Positions 47,271 to 62,742 of a DNA stretch of 64,000 nt are shown piece by piece. The notes under the pieces were generated by a model that did not search any database, was not told the origin of the DNA, and worked only from the letters and a program-made list of their open reading frames with translations. The position numbers and the translations under genes are program-made. How positions within the stretch are numbered: position 1 is the stretch's first letter; each line of letters begins with the position of its first letter. Origin of the DNA: Saprolegnia diclina VS20. Its lineage: Eukaryota. The DNA is taken from NCBI RefSeq assembly GCF_000281045.1, contig NW_008246092.1, forward strand, positions 436,596 to 500,595, given 5' to 3'.

Positions 47271-47417
47271 GTATCCGGACAGGAATTCCGGATAACAGGG
47301 ACGAATTACGCGATGCGTGGTGAGCCATCGTTCGGCGATGCGGATGACGCTCGGATTCCGGATACCTCGATTATCCGGAAATCCCAAACCGCCCGCATCC
47401 GGATAAACGATCCGGGC
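47271..47417. promoter_or_regulatory. Divergent promoter with a cluster of (A/T)TCCGGA(T) motifs
   Basis: Five TCCGGA copies plus one variant in about 150 bp between hutG and importin-11. Confidence 0.55.
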
Positions 47418-47446
47418 GGCTTGGTTGCCAGTATTATCGATCGAGT

Positions 47447-50400
47447 ATGAACGTCCCAGCCGCGCTCGGGCCATCGCACGTCGGCGACGTCGTCGCCACC
47501 ATGGAGCAGGCGCTGAGTCCGTACGAGGAAGTCCGCGTCGTGGGCGAAGCGACGCTGCAGCAGTGCATGAAGCTGCCGGGCTTCGCCTGCCTCTGCCTCG
47601 AGGTGCTCAAGCAGCCTGTCGGGGACGCCACACGCCTCATGGCGGCGCTCTCGCTCAAGAACGCGGTCGCGAGCTCGTGGATCACACGCGGGTCGCGGCA
47701 ATTCACGATCTCGGCGGAAGAGAAGCTGCAAGTCCGGCGCGGCTTGCTCCAGCACACGGAAGAGACCAACAAGGCGGTGGCGACGCAACTCGCCGTACGG
47801 GCCATGCTTGCAAACGACGTTGCCTTACGTACAACCATAGGTCACGATTGCACGCATTGCGCGCTCCGACTTTCCGAAGGAATGGCCCGACCTTTTCGGT
47901 GTCCTTCGCGACCTCATCCAGCAAGGCTCGCCCCTGCAGCAGGTACGCCCTCGACACGAAGCGTAGTCTCATGCACGGTGCTAGATGCGTGCGCTGCGTG
48001 TGCTCAAGTCGGTCGTCAAGGAGCTCGCCACGCGTCGGCTCATGCCCCAGCGCGTCGTCTTCAACGAAATGAGCGTCGTCGTCTCTCCGTTCATTGCGCA
48101 GCTGTGGCACAGTCAAGTGCAGCAGCTGCAGAATGCGACCGAGATGGACGACGTGCTCACCAAGCTCCTTCTGAGCACCAAAGTGCTCCACCACCTCGTC
48201 TTCTACGGCTTCAAGGCGCTCGTTCCCCTCGACGTCGTGCATTTTATCTTTACCAACTTTTACCAAACGTTCCAAGCGTTGCTCGCCTTTACGCAAGGGT
48301 GCGATCTTGGTTTCAATCTTTCAACGTATCAAGCTGCACGTAGGCTGCCGACGGACTCGCCGTGCCTCGCGCTCTCGTACCGCGTCCTCACCGCGCTCAC
48401 AGGCCTCGTCGTTGCTGTCCAAAAAGAACACCCGATCGAATTCCGCGAATACCTTGGTCGGACCTTCGTCATCGTCATCCATGTGACTGACGTCCAAGAC
48501 GCATGTAGGTCCGTTTCTTCAAACCTTTTACGCGACCTTGTCGGACCCGCGGACGTTCCCGGACAAGCTCGTCATCAACATGATCTCGTACGTCACGAAC
48601 GTCATGGGCTGCCTTCTCTACCAGCATTTGCCGTCAATCTCGGGCGTAACCAAGACGATCATCACATCGGCCGGCTCGGTCGAGCTCAACGACGCGATGG
48701 TCTCCGAGTGCCAGCAGCAAATCGGCGGCTTCATGTACCACGACCTTCCACCTCCTAGCGTGTTCTCAATACATATAGGCACGACACGGCGTTGCTGGCG
48801 ACGCTCCTTGAACTCATTGTTGTGCGGTCCGTCACTGTCACGACGCGTCATTGTCGTCACCATACATGCGTAGGTACTTGCGCTTGACGGTCTCGGACAT
48901 TGAGCAGTGGGAAGAAGACCCCGAGGCGTTCATTACGCTCCAAGAGTCGCTTTCGTCCGAGCTCTCGGTGCGCGCTTGCGCTGAAATCCTCTTCCTCTCG
49001 CTTCTCCAAACCCACCGCGAGTCGCTCACGCCGTACGTCTCTGCTATCGACGACACGCTTGCATCTCAAGTCGACTAGATGCGTTCTCAACATGATCGAG
49101 TCGGCGTCCTCGTGGCTGCGCACGCCACATACCAATACGAGCGACGACGACATGGTGCTGCGGGTTGACGCGGTGCTGCTGGCCGCAGGCCTTGCGTCCT
49201 ACGACCTCCATGAAAGCTTTGATTTCGAGCCGTGGTTCCTTCAGACGCTCGTGCCGTACCTCCAGCAGCCGTCGACGATGACGCTCCGCGGCGTGCCCGT
49301 CCTCTCGCGGCGCATCGTGTGGCTCATCGGGTGCTGGCTCGCGCAGCTCTCGGCGCAAGTGCGCATTCCGCTCTACGAAGCGCTGCTGCATTTGCTCGCG
49401 GCCGACACCGTTGTCGCTGACACGTCGGTCAAGTACTGCGCTGTCACGACGCTCGAGTCGCTCGTGAACGACTGGGGCTTTCAGAGCACGGACTTTATGC
49501 CGTTCTTGCCGCGGGCGGTGAGCGCGCTCTACGCGTTCCTCATGTCGTCGGACGTCGCGACGACCGAGACGCGGCTCAAGGTCCTCGGCTGTGTCGAGAG
49601 CATTGCGCACATGTGCTGTACGAGTCTGGCGCCGTCGTCGCTCGTGCAGATCGTGCAGCCGCTGCCAACGATCTGGGAGGCCGCCGCGTCCTCGGACGCC
49701 AACCTCCTCCGCGGCAAGGTCCTCTCGCTCCTCTGCCGCATCATGGAGACCGAAGTCGACTTTGTTCTGGGTTTGTATACGATTGGTTTGGCCATGGGTT
49801 TGTCAACGTCTCGTCTTGTGTAGACGCCGACTTGCAAGCCATGGTGCTCTCGGTCGTCTCGTACGCGACCAACCCGGACGAGCCCGAGACCGTCTACCTC
49901 ATGGACCAAGGCCTCGCGCTGTGGCTTCGCCTCACCGAGGTACACAGTGGTATGGCGACGAGCGACGATAGGAGGACAACGTCGTAGGTGCTCGAAGTGT
50001 ACGCGCCACCGTGCCACAACACATTTGCCAACATCGTCACGGCCTTGTCGCGGGACACGGAGCATCTGCACGCGGGCATGACGCTCTTTGAAAACTACCT
50101 CGCGATCGGCGGCGCGACCTTTTGGGCAACGTACGGGCAAGACGTGGCGACGCTGCTCCACGGCTTTATCGGGGCCGTCAAGCCCGATATGGCTCACATG
50201 GTACCACCTTGGTTGCCTCGGGATATTGGCGGCATTCTCGTGCTTGTAGATTGCTCGGTTTGTGGAGAAGCTGTACCGCCACTTGCCAGCGTCGTCCTTA
50301 ACCCCACTCCACGGTAGGACGCACTGTGTATGATAGCAAGCATGGACCTCAGTACCGTAGCGGTTCTGGCGCGGCTCTGGGAAACGAGCTTGGAAGACCC

Positions 50401-50949
50401 GCGCTCGGAGCCCGAACTCGTGCTCATCTCGTACTTGACGGCGCTCGCGACCGCGTCGCTGCATGCGCCGACGCTCTTCTTTAGCGTGCTGTCGTCGGAC
50501 GCGGCCGTCGCCAAGTTTGCCGACATGCTCCTCCACCTCTACTTCTCCGTAGCCTTTTCGGCTGTTGGTGCGTCATGCTGACAACGGTCTTGGACTACGT
50601 ATATGTAGGTCCGCTGCGACGACGCACGTGGGTGTGTTCGCTCTGCAGCCTCATGACGACGCACCCGGGCGTGGCGCTCGAGCGCCTCGGTCTGCTCTTG
50701 GAGGCCAGTGTCAATGCGATCGAAGAAGATGCCGACGCAGACGAACCCGAACCCGCGACGACGACGCGTAAGAGCCTTCTGAGCCAGTTCCGGGCGTCGG
50801 CGTCGGCCTCCCAGATCACGGCCGCGTACATCAAGCAGTACGTGTGCGCGCAGCTCAACCAACTCGCAGCGATCGCAGGCGCCGACGCCTTTGGCCAAGC
50901 GATGCAGCTCGTGGAGACGTCGGTCGTGCGCAAGATTCAGGCGCTGTAA
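47447..50949 (+). CDS. IPO11: Importin-11 (Kap120-like)
   Basis: IBN_N RLMAALSLKNAV, IARSDFPKEWPDLF, EQWEEDPEAF, RACAEILF, FDFEPWF, RRIVWLIGCW; many introns. Confidence 0.88.
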
Positions 50950-50995
50950 GCAACCACATAGTAGTACGCATATTCCTCTAACTCGGTGGTGGCAC

Positions 50996-52164
50996 CTACA
51001 ATGCAAGGGCCATGCTCTCGTCCGAGTCAGTTTTCTTGGAGAGACGCTTGACGAGTTCGTACGCCGTGATGACGAGCACGCCCGAGGGACCCATGGCCAT
51101 GACGCGCTACAGTGCAATGAGATACGAGACGCCGAGCACAAGAAGAGAGTACCGCAAGGGCGCCGGTCCAGAGGCCAGGAATTCCATCGCGCTGGATGAG
51201 GTATTTGAACGTGTCGACGGCGCCAAACTGCGTGTGGATCTGCGTACGCGTGCGGATGACGTCCATGGGGTTGGTCACGACGGCGGTGATGACGCCCGCC
51301 GTGCCGCCGCCAATGGCCTGCGCGATCGCTGCATCCATAGAGCATGAGAGGAGGAGACGAGGAGACGACGCGTACATTGCCGCCACATGGGGTCGATATC
51401 GAGGTTGAGCCAGCGGTAGTAGTGCGGCCACACGACGCCGTAGCAGCCCCACCAGAGCGCGGACGACGGCGCGTACGTGCAGATGGACGGGATGTAGCCC
51501 TTGTAGAAGCCGCGCAGCCCCTGTTGTCGGTAGATATCGCGGCCAATCGAGATCAGTCCCTGCGCTCGTTTCCGCGACTTGCTTTGGTCGACCGACGGGC
51601 CGCCTATATACATTAATCATCATCGTACGATGTTCGAGGCAGGACGACGATGAGTACCTTGGCCATCGATCATCATGCGCTGCGAGACAATGTCGAGTGG
51701 TACGATCACGGTCTGGTTGATGATGGACGCCGTGGCCCCCGAGATAAAGTTGGCCACGCTCGGCGTCTCCTAGGCATACGTGGTTGACATGAGGCTACTG
51801 CGCGGCAGAGGACGAATGTGGCTACCGTCACGTTCTCCATGGCGAGCTTGTGCGTAAACTCGTAGACCGAGATGTAGAGGTTGCCAATGAAGATGTTGAG
51901 GAGGCTCGCGCCAAAGCCCTTGTAGAGCCCGAGGAAGCCTTCTTGCTGCACGATCTTGCGGAAGGCGTCGATCGTGCCCGTGTAGAGCGGCTTGGACCGG
52001 CTCTGGACCTGGAGCCGGGTCTTGACGAGGTTGCTCGGGTAGACAGCGGCGCGGACGAAGACGAAGACGCTTGGGCCGATGACGTAGTACTTGCGCTTGT
52101 CGAGGTCGTCCCACGAGATGCGGTTCTCCAAGCCCGGCGGAAGCGCTTCCACTTCGTCGGCCAT
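50996..52164 (-). CDS. SLC25A44: Mitochondrial carrier, SLC25A44-like
   Basis: ISWDDLDKRKYY, YPSNLVKTRLQVQ, GLRGFYKGY..YAPSSALWWG, NPMDVIRTR. Confidence 0.85.
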
Positions 52165-52396
52165 CGTTCGCAATAAGCAATGAGATGATGAACTCATCAT
52201 CCTCGTTCAGCCGGATACGGTAACCGGATAATTGGCACAGGGGAGTTGTGTTTTTTTGCATGAGATGCATCTTTTTAATTACGAAATTTAATCATATCTA
52301 CAATTTGCAAGCTATAGAGTGTGAAATGCTTTTAAAATTGTGTTTGTGTCGGAAAACAAGTACAACTGGAGACGCAGCAGATTGGAACGAGGAGCG

Positions 52397-55053
52397 ATGG
52401 AAAGCGCGAGCGCCGAGCCGCCGATGGCCGCCACCGAGTATGGCCAGCACGCACCGAGCAACCCGATGGCCGCCGGCGTCGGCGGAAGCCAGCGCGACGA
52501 TGCGCATGCGACGGTGCCCCGCAAGCCCACGGCGAGCTTCCAGGATATCCTCCAGAAGGCCATCGAGCTCAAGATCGTGCACCCGAGCGCGCTCTCGACC
52601 TACGTTGCGAGCGCCACCGCCGTCATGACCTCCGTGGCGCCAAGCACGGTCATGAGCCGCATGGCGCAGGCGAACGGTGCGACGACGTTGCAACATCACG
52701 CTGCGGCTGCTAACGGCACGGTGCATAGGACCGGCACACGGCGGCAGTGCGGACAAGAGTCTACCGGTACGACGCGATGCATGCAATGACACGACGAAGG
52801 CGATATGTAGGTGGTGTCGCCGGACGAGCTCACGATCGCGTCGACGTTCAACACGCAGCGCGTGCCCGTGAACCAGACCCGCATGGAGTTTGTCGACTTC
52901 AAGCAACTGTCGTCCGCGCTCAAGCGGCTCGCGATGCACTGCGGCTTTGAGATCCGCGTCAAGTACTCGTCCAAGCGTAACAAGCGCTGGGAGTGCCGCG
53001 AGCCCGGTACACGATCCTGTCAACGTGCCAAGCTCATCCCGTCATCGTCGTAGGCTGCACGTTCATTTTAAGTGGGTACAAGAACAAGGACGACCGAGTC
53101 CACGTCACCGACATTGAACTATCGCACAACCACGCGGGCGTGGCGTCGGCGGCCGAGACCGTCGACGCGCACGACTCGGAAGGCACTGGCGACGAGCATG
53201 CAGGCGAGACGCGACCGCACGAGTCGCGGCTTACGCGCAACACAACGCTCTCGAACGAGCTCGTGCTTGCCGGTGTCTTTGACTCGGAAGTCGGGCAGCT
53301 GATCATTCTCAAGGACCCGGAAGAACTCAAACTCAAAGACATCCAGGGCATCTTACTGACCCAGTTTGGGTCCCAAATCTCGGCGTCCATGGCGTCCCGC
53401 GCCAAGCGCAAGCTCGTCGAAATGTTCTACGAGACGTCCAACTTGAGCTACCAGCAGCTGCGGCCGTTCTTCGAGAAGGTCGTGACCGCCAACCCCGGCA
53501 GCTTTTACGTCATGGACCACGTGCCCAACCCGCACGACGGTACTTCTTACCTCGTCTCTCAAATACCGAACTACCTCTTTGTAGGCTCGGGCGTCTACGA
53601 GTACGGCCGGTGCCTCCTCGGCATTGGTGCGGCCATCCGACTCCTCAAGGACTGTGCGCCCGTCCTCGCCCTCGAGGCGTGTGCCATGAACGCCGTACGC
53701 TTCGTTAGCGATTGCAATTTTGCATCCGGAATGCGTAGGAGATGCACAAGTCGGGGGTCCTCCTCGTCCTGAGCACGCGCGACTACAACGGCGACGTCAT
53801 CTACCTCGCGCTCGCCCACGTGCCGCTGGACGACTATGTCAACTGGGTCTGGTTCCTCGAGCGGCTTAAAGCCAACGGGGTGCCGACGATCGCCAACGTC
53901 ACGTGCTTCGTCTCGAACGGCGCGCCCGACATTGCGCGCGCCGTGAGCCACGTTTTTCCCGCGCAGCCGCACCGGTTCGTCATCGAGCACATGATCCCGC
54001 TCATCGCGGCCGCGTCGCCGTCGCTCAACCGTCTCGGGCCCGAGGTCGAGCACCTCATCAAGCAAATGGCCGCCAGCACCAACATGGTATCGTCTCGATC
54101 GACGAGCGTAGGCTGGACGGTTGCGGTGTAGGACCAGTACATGGACTCGTTCCAGCTGCTGTGGCGGATCGACAAGGGTAGAGTGCGCCTCATCAACGCG
54201 TCGACACTGTACTGCTGTGTAGATCTTGGACGGTACCTCGAGGGTATCCCAAAGGAGCATTGGGTCGTGGCTGCGATCCTCAACCGCGGGTGGCCGCTGC
54301 TCAACGAAGTCGTGCTCGTGCACTGCGTCGGCGAGTTTGGCACGAGTCCGCTCGGGTCGCTCCTCCGGTCGTGCAACCTCGCGCCGTGCTTTTACCTCTT
54401 CCTCCTCTCGATCCAGAAGACGCTTGTGAGCCGGTCGCTCACGGCCCGCGCGATGCCCGACCGCGTCCTTTTGCCCGCGCAGCAAAACATTCTACTCAAA
54501 CGCACGGTCGAGAGCGGCCGGTACGAGATCCAAGAGTGCCGGCCGCAAGAGGTCTACTTTGCGCAGTACCACACGGTCAGCTCGTCCTCGAATGCGTTCA
54601 AACTCGTCAACATTGTCGGGCGTACGTGCACGTGCGGCGAGTGGCAGCAGAACCACATCCCGTGCCTCCATGCGATCGCCGTTCTCAACTGCCTCTCCAA
54701 AAACGTCCTCGAGTACGTCAACGAGTGGTACTTCACCACGTGCCACAAGGCTTTGTACGCCCGGTACGCTTCACATGCGCTGCTGGCAGCGGCTTTTCTG
54801 ACACTTGCCATCGTGCAGGGCGGCGCCGGTCGTGCCCGTGCCCCCCATCGATCTCAAACCCGACGTGACGCTCAAGGCGCCGGCGCGGATCCTCGCTCAG
54901 CTCCAAGAAGCCCTCAACGCCGCAGCGCCACTCGACCCGTGCGAATACCCTTACCCTAGCATCTCTTGACATATGTTGGGTAGGTCGATGCGCAGCAAGC
55001 CCGGCCCGCGCCCGCGCAAGCGCAAGGACATGGCGTCGACCATGAGCCATTGA
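52397..55053 (+). CDS. Mutator (MULE) transposase-derived gene: FAR1/WRKY-GCM1-type DNA-binding finger, degenerate DDE core, SWIM finger
   Basis: RWECREPGCTF..HNH; NPGS; CAPVLALEACAM; GVLLVLSTRDYNG; WVWFLERL; FVSNGAPDIARAVSHVFPAQPHRFVIEH; CTCGEWQQNHIPCLHAIAV; 8 GT-AG introns; no TIRs seen. Confidence 0.85.
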
Positions 55054-55126
55054 ACACACCAAAACACACTTGCGAGAGAGAGAGTAGACGCCCCTTGTAC
55101 TATCGTAATGCCAGAAAAAAAGGCAA

Positions 55127-58100
55127 TCACTTGGACGACTTGCCGTAGCCTTCTTCGGCGCCCGACTTGAGGTCCGCAACCAGGTGCGCCGCCTTGCGCG
55201 AGACGTTTTCGAGGCCCGGCGCGGCCTTCTCGTACGTGGTCTTGGCCGCGCCACCGGCCACCATGGCGGCTTCGGCGGCCTTGCGCGCGCCAGGCTCGAG
55301 GATTTTCTCTTTTGCGACAAACGCGGCGCCGACGAGCTTCTCGGCGCCGGGCTCGAGCCACTTCTCCTTGGCGACCATGGCGGCACCGGCCATCTTCTCG
55401 GCCCCCGGCGCCAGGTACGTTTCGCGGACGTAGTCGGCTTTGGACGACGCCTTTTGGTGCAGCGCGCTCCACTGCTCCTTGCGCTTGGTCGACGACGCGC
55501 GGTTGGCAATCTCGTCGCGGGCGGCTCCGCGCGCCGCGCTGTACTGGTAGTCGGTCATGTGGTCGCCATGCTTGTAGATGGTGTAGTCGACGTGGAGACC
55601 TACTGTTCCTTAGTACAACGAAGGGCAAAGACCCTCGTACTTGTATCGCTCGACGCGACAACGCGTACGTCCAAGTCGCCTTCGTACGGCGCCATCTACC
55701 CTCGATTTGCTACTACTCGATAGCTCGGGAACGCGGCTACACGTACGTAGAGGTCGTCCATCTCGACGGGCGGCCCGAGCCGCGCCGACTCGAGCGGCAG
55801 TTGGTCGGCCGTGAAGCGCATGAAAATGTTGCTCGAGACGCGGTACGTCTCTTCGCCCATCATCTACCGTCATGACGTCATGTCCGTGACATATATGACA
55901 CGAGTGTACGTACGACCACGTCGCCGCGCGCGACTTTGCCGAGCAGACTCGACGTGGTCGTGGCATACTTGCTGCCTACGTCAAGCGTGAAGACGAGAGC
56001 AACACAGAGCGACCCAACCTGTCGGCAGCGAGACGAGGCAGTCGGGCACGAGCGACGGCGTCGCAAACACCGAGTCCTTACTGCGACTCGTCTCCAACGT
56101 GACATGGGGCCCCTTGACCTCCGAGACGATGAAGTCTTCGCCGCAGATATGCTATCCCACGTGTGAGTGTCCGTCGCGTCATTCCGACACGTCGTACAAC
56201 GCGGTCGCCATGGGCGAGGTACGTGGTCGCGTCGACATCCACCATGCAGTTGCGGGATCCCTTGAGAAAGGTGCTGACGTGGCAGCCCTTGGAGACGCCT
56301 TTCGTGAGCGTCGGCCCGTCGTAGCTACGCGCCACCACTTGAGTCTTCGCACAGAATGCAAAAGAGATGCGAACCGCCGGTCGAGCGCCATGCAATCTTT
56401 GGCGTACAAGCTCCCGGGCTCGGTCGAAATACGAAAGACTTCGCCGACAATGGTCATCTACGTCGCAGCAATATGTGACATCGCCGTGACGCCAACGGAC
56501 GCACCTCGTCACCGCGTTTGAGGAGCCGACGCAGATCGCCGTCGGTGAAGAGCACGTTGGAGCCGTGCACGATCGAGATGAACTCGCCGATGGGCGCCTA
56601 GCACGTCGTTGCAGATGCTACGACCACAGGTGGCACGTACCTTGTAAGCGCCGGCGCGGTGGGCGACGGCCGCCGCCTTCTCGGACGCAGTCAAAAATCG
56701 ATCGCCGATGAATTGAACCGCAGCGCCCGCTAGTATACCCATCGATCTGCGTTAGTCTCGACAAAATAGAAGACAGTTTGTTGGCAACCTGGAATTTCCG
56801 TCTCGATGAACCGATCGAGCGGGATCGAGGTCGCCGTGAGCGGCTAGGACATTGTGCACATAGGATCTAGCGAAGGTCGGTACGTACGAGGTCCTTGTCG
56901 TTGGCGACCGTGAAGATTTGGTCGCCAATTTTGACCGAGTCGCCGGGCTTGAGCACCCGCGCTGCGTTCTCGTACAGCAGCACCGGCGCTTGGGTGACGT
57001 CGGCGGCCGTGTTGGGCTTGTCGAGGGGAATCGCGGTGGCGCTGAGCCGCTTGAGAGGGTTGGTCGACACGTGGTAAATGTCGTCGCCGATTTGCTACGT
57101 GCATGTAACGTGGCCGCTGGAAGGTGCAAGTCGTACGAGCATGTCGCCGCGCTTGACCTTGGCCATGATGTTGGCCGAGGTCTCGAGCGTCGACTCGCCG
57201 GCCTTGAGCGTCACCGTGCCCTCGAGCGGCGTTGGTGTTTTTGGAATGTAGATGGGCACGGCCGTCACCGAGACACCGGACCGCGGGGGCGTCACGACAC
57301 TGTCGCGGATCTCGTACGTCTCGCCGCCAATGACCTTGGTGCATGCGTCAAATGAGATGATCAGACGGTGACGTACGACAGAGCCCCCGACGCGGAACCA
57401 GGCAGGCGGCGGCATCTTGAGGAACTCGACTGTCGAGGCGCCGGCCGCGAGGGACACGAGGCAGTTGGGCACCTACGGCCAAACTCAGAGCGGCAATACG
57501 CGTTCAATAGCACCTGAATACACACGACGCTACGCTTGGTCACAAACACGGGCACGTTCTCGACCTAAAATCGGCAAAATGACAAGCAGGCAAAGGACGG
57601 AAGCGCGTACCGATGGCCCAACGCGGTTGCGGTCCAGTGGCAGCTGGGTCGCGTGAAAGCGCCGCGCGGGATTGCTCGAGACCTTGAACTGTTCGCCTTG
57701 GATCATCTACCGTTGAGAAGGTTGGGATCTTGCGGATCGAGAAGCCGTCGTATACGATGGTGTCGCCGCGGTTCAGCGTCGCCATGAGTGCGCTCGAGGT
57801 CTCGGCGTAGCTCGAGTCGTGCTTGAGCGAGACGAGGCAGTCGGGAATTTCTTCGAGGCCGCAGAGGACTTCCTCCAAGATCGCGTTCGGGAAGCCAAGC
57901 TGCAGCGTCTCGTTGGCCACGTGGACAACTAGGTCGGTGAGCTTGAAGCGATGGGATGTGAAGACGACGACGAAGCACCTCGATCGCCGACAGCAAGGGG
58001 CTTGGCGACAGTGCCAATCGGCTCTTCGAAGATGCGCGCTCGCTCCTCCAGCGCCTTCGCCGACTCGCCGGCCTTGGTCGCGAGGTCACTGGCTTTCTGG

Positions 58101-58732
58101 ACGCCGAGCCCGACAATACCGACAACGCTATTGCAAGAGCCATGATTAGTCGTGCAAGCGCCATCGTATCGTAGCGTTGTACCCTTTGCCGACCGTCTCG
58201 ACGGCGCTAAGAACACCTCCCATGGTCGTCGGCACCGACACCTTGGGCATGGCCATCGGCGTGTTGTGCTGCACCGTCGTGATCGAAAGCGACTCGCCGC
58301 GGTTGATGCCCATGTGGTACCCACGCGGCGACTGTAGAGCGCGCAACACACTTGATGAGAGCATGGACATGATGCAATCGTGTCTACCTTGAGCGAAATG
58401 ACGGTGGCCGTGAACGCGTCGTGCTCGTCGGGGCTGATCATGTACGTCTCGCCGTTGGCCATCGTGATGAGATCGCCGCGGTTCAAGACGCTGCGCATGT
58501 CGGCGGTTGTGCGAAGAAAGGCCTCGCCATGGCGCAGCTCGGCTTCCAGGGGCACCGTCGAGCCGCTCACCTTGCGCACGGTGGCATCCGCCTTGGCTTT
58601 GGCCTGGCGGTAGTACTTGTCCCACTCGACGGTCCCGATCTGGTTGCCGAGCGTGCGCACGCCCCGCGCGAGGTAGAACGCGGCCTTCTTGGGCGCCGAC
58701 TCGTCCGCGGGCGTTGACGTCCTGTCTGCCAT
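55127..58732 (-). CDS. Large spliced protein with a repeated beta-rich module and LEA-like amphipathic C-terminal repeats
   Basis: Recurring (L/V)xRGD.i.iG.e.Y.vS..F(T/S)A..(L/I)PL module; C-terminal 19-aa repeats (EKWLEPGAEKLVGAAFVAK). Confidence 0.65.
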
Positions 58733-58839
58733 CGTCGTCGGCAGTATGTGACAGTTTCGAGCGATCCGAAAGGGCCGCATATGATTGGCTAAAATTACAA
58801 CACGAGACGTCAATGGCACGTCCCGTGAACCTGGTTCTC

Positions 58840-58869
58840 GCAAATCATCGCAAATCATCGCAAATCATC
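58840..58869 (+). repeat. Tandem repeat (GCAAATCATC)3
   Basis: Three perfect 10-bp units. Confidence 0.85.
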
Positions 58870-59679
58870 TCGACAACCCGCTTCACAAGCTATTTCGCTG
58901 TGGACAACAGCAAATTTGCATCATATTCTCGTGTATCTCCTCTTACCAGCGCACGGCTAAACGGTATACTGAAAAAGAAAGTCACCATTCGATTCATCAT
59001 GCGTCGTTCCTGCCCAAACTCGCTGGCCTCAAGGCGACAAGCTCGGCGCTCAGCTCGGCGCATGGTGGGCGATTGATCGATGCACAAGAGATTATGTCAT
59101 CTTGATATATACAAGCTTCATGTTTCCAACGGCCTCCGCACGACCTGTTAGTGCAGAGAGCGCTGATGATATCGATCGCTACAGACTTTGGTTGACAAGC
59201 ACAATTGATTGTCGAGTAGCAAGGGAACACTAATTTATTCATGTATCGAGTTGGGTTGGTAAGTCACGTTCTCAATCATATATAACTTGATAATCGTGTC
59301 TGCGTAGCCATCGCATTTGGAACATTCATCGACTTTACGACGCTAGACGCGGTGGCGCCTCGTTTCAGAGGCCATCGCGGATCGTACTTGGCGCTGCTCT
59401 CCGTACATCCATTCTACCGACATGTTGTACACAGAAAAGAAGGTGGCAGAAGTATTCCTGGTCCCTGTGGGAATCGTTGCTGACGACGACTTTGTCGAAA
59501 ACAGAGTTTGGTGCACGGGGTATTTTTACGTAGAATTTCTACGTCGACTATGGCTACCAGTGGGCTGGTGTACGGCAGACTCACGCATCGACTAATAGCC
59601 GAATGCAGCAGCCGTGCGCAAAACGAGGTACTGAGGTGAGGAGGATCCAGTGGAAGAGGCGGGCCCGCCCGGGCATCAG

Positions 59680-59797
59680 ATTGGCTATAATGTTTGAATA
59701 CTTGAATGGGATTGGCGGATAAAACACTTCGTGTGGAGCGCAAATAGCGCCAATGAGGGGCGCGCGCACGTTTGATTGGGTGAAATTGTGCGGGAAA
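59680..59797 (+). promoter_or_regulatory. MCM3 promoter: four CCAAT boxes and an E2F-like site
   Basis: ATTGG at 59680, 59711 and 59775; CCAAT at 59750; GCGGGAAA (reverse TTTCCCGC) at 59790-59797. Confidence 0.6.
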
Positions 59798-59845
59798 CTG
59801 GCCTGGCTGGCCAAATGCGATTCCAAAATTCAAACCCGGCGCTAG

Positions 59846-62715
<2,870 letters not shown>

Positions 62716-62742
62716 GCTGTTGCTACATTGATATTTGCACGT

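Noticed and set aside
52397..55053. Active Mutator transposon
   Set aside because: No TIR or TSD visible, catalytic residues substituted, eight introns, tight host-gene flanks
58840..58869. (GCAAATCATC)3 as a functional element
   Set aside because: Simple slippage repeat with no other copies noticed in the window
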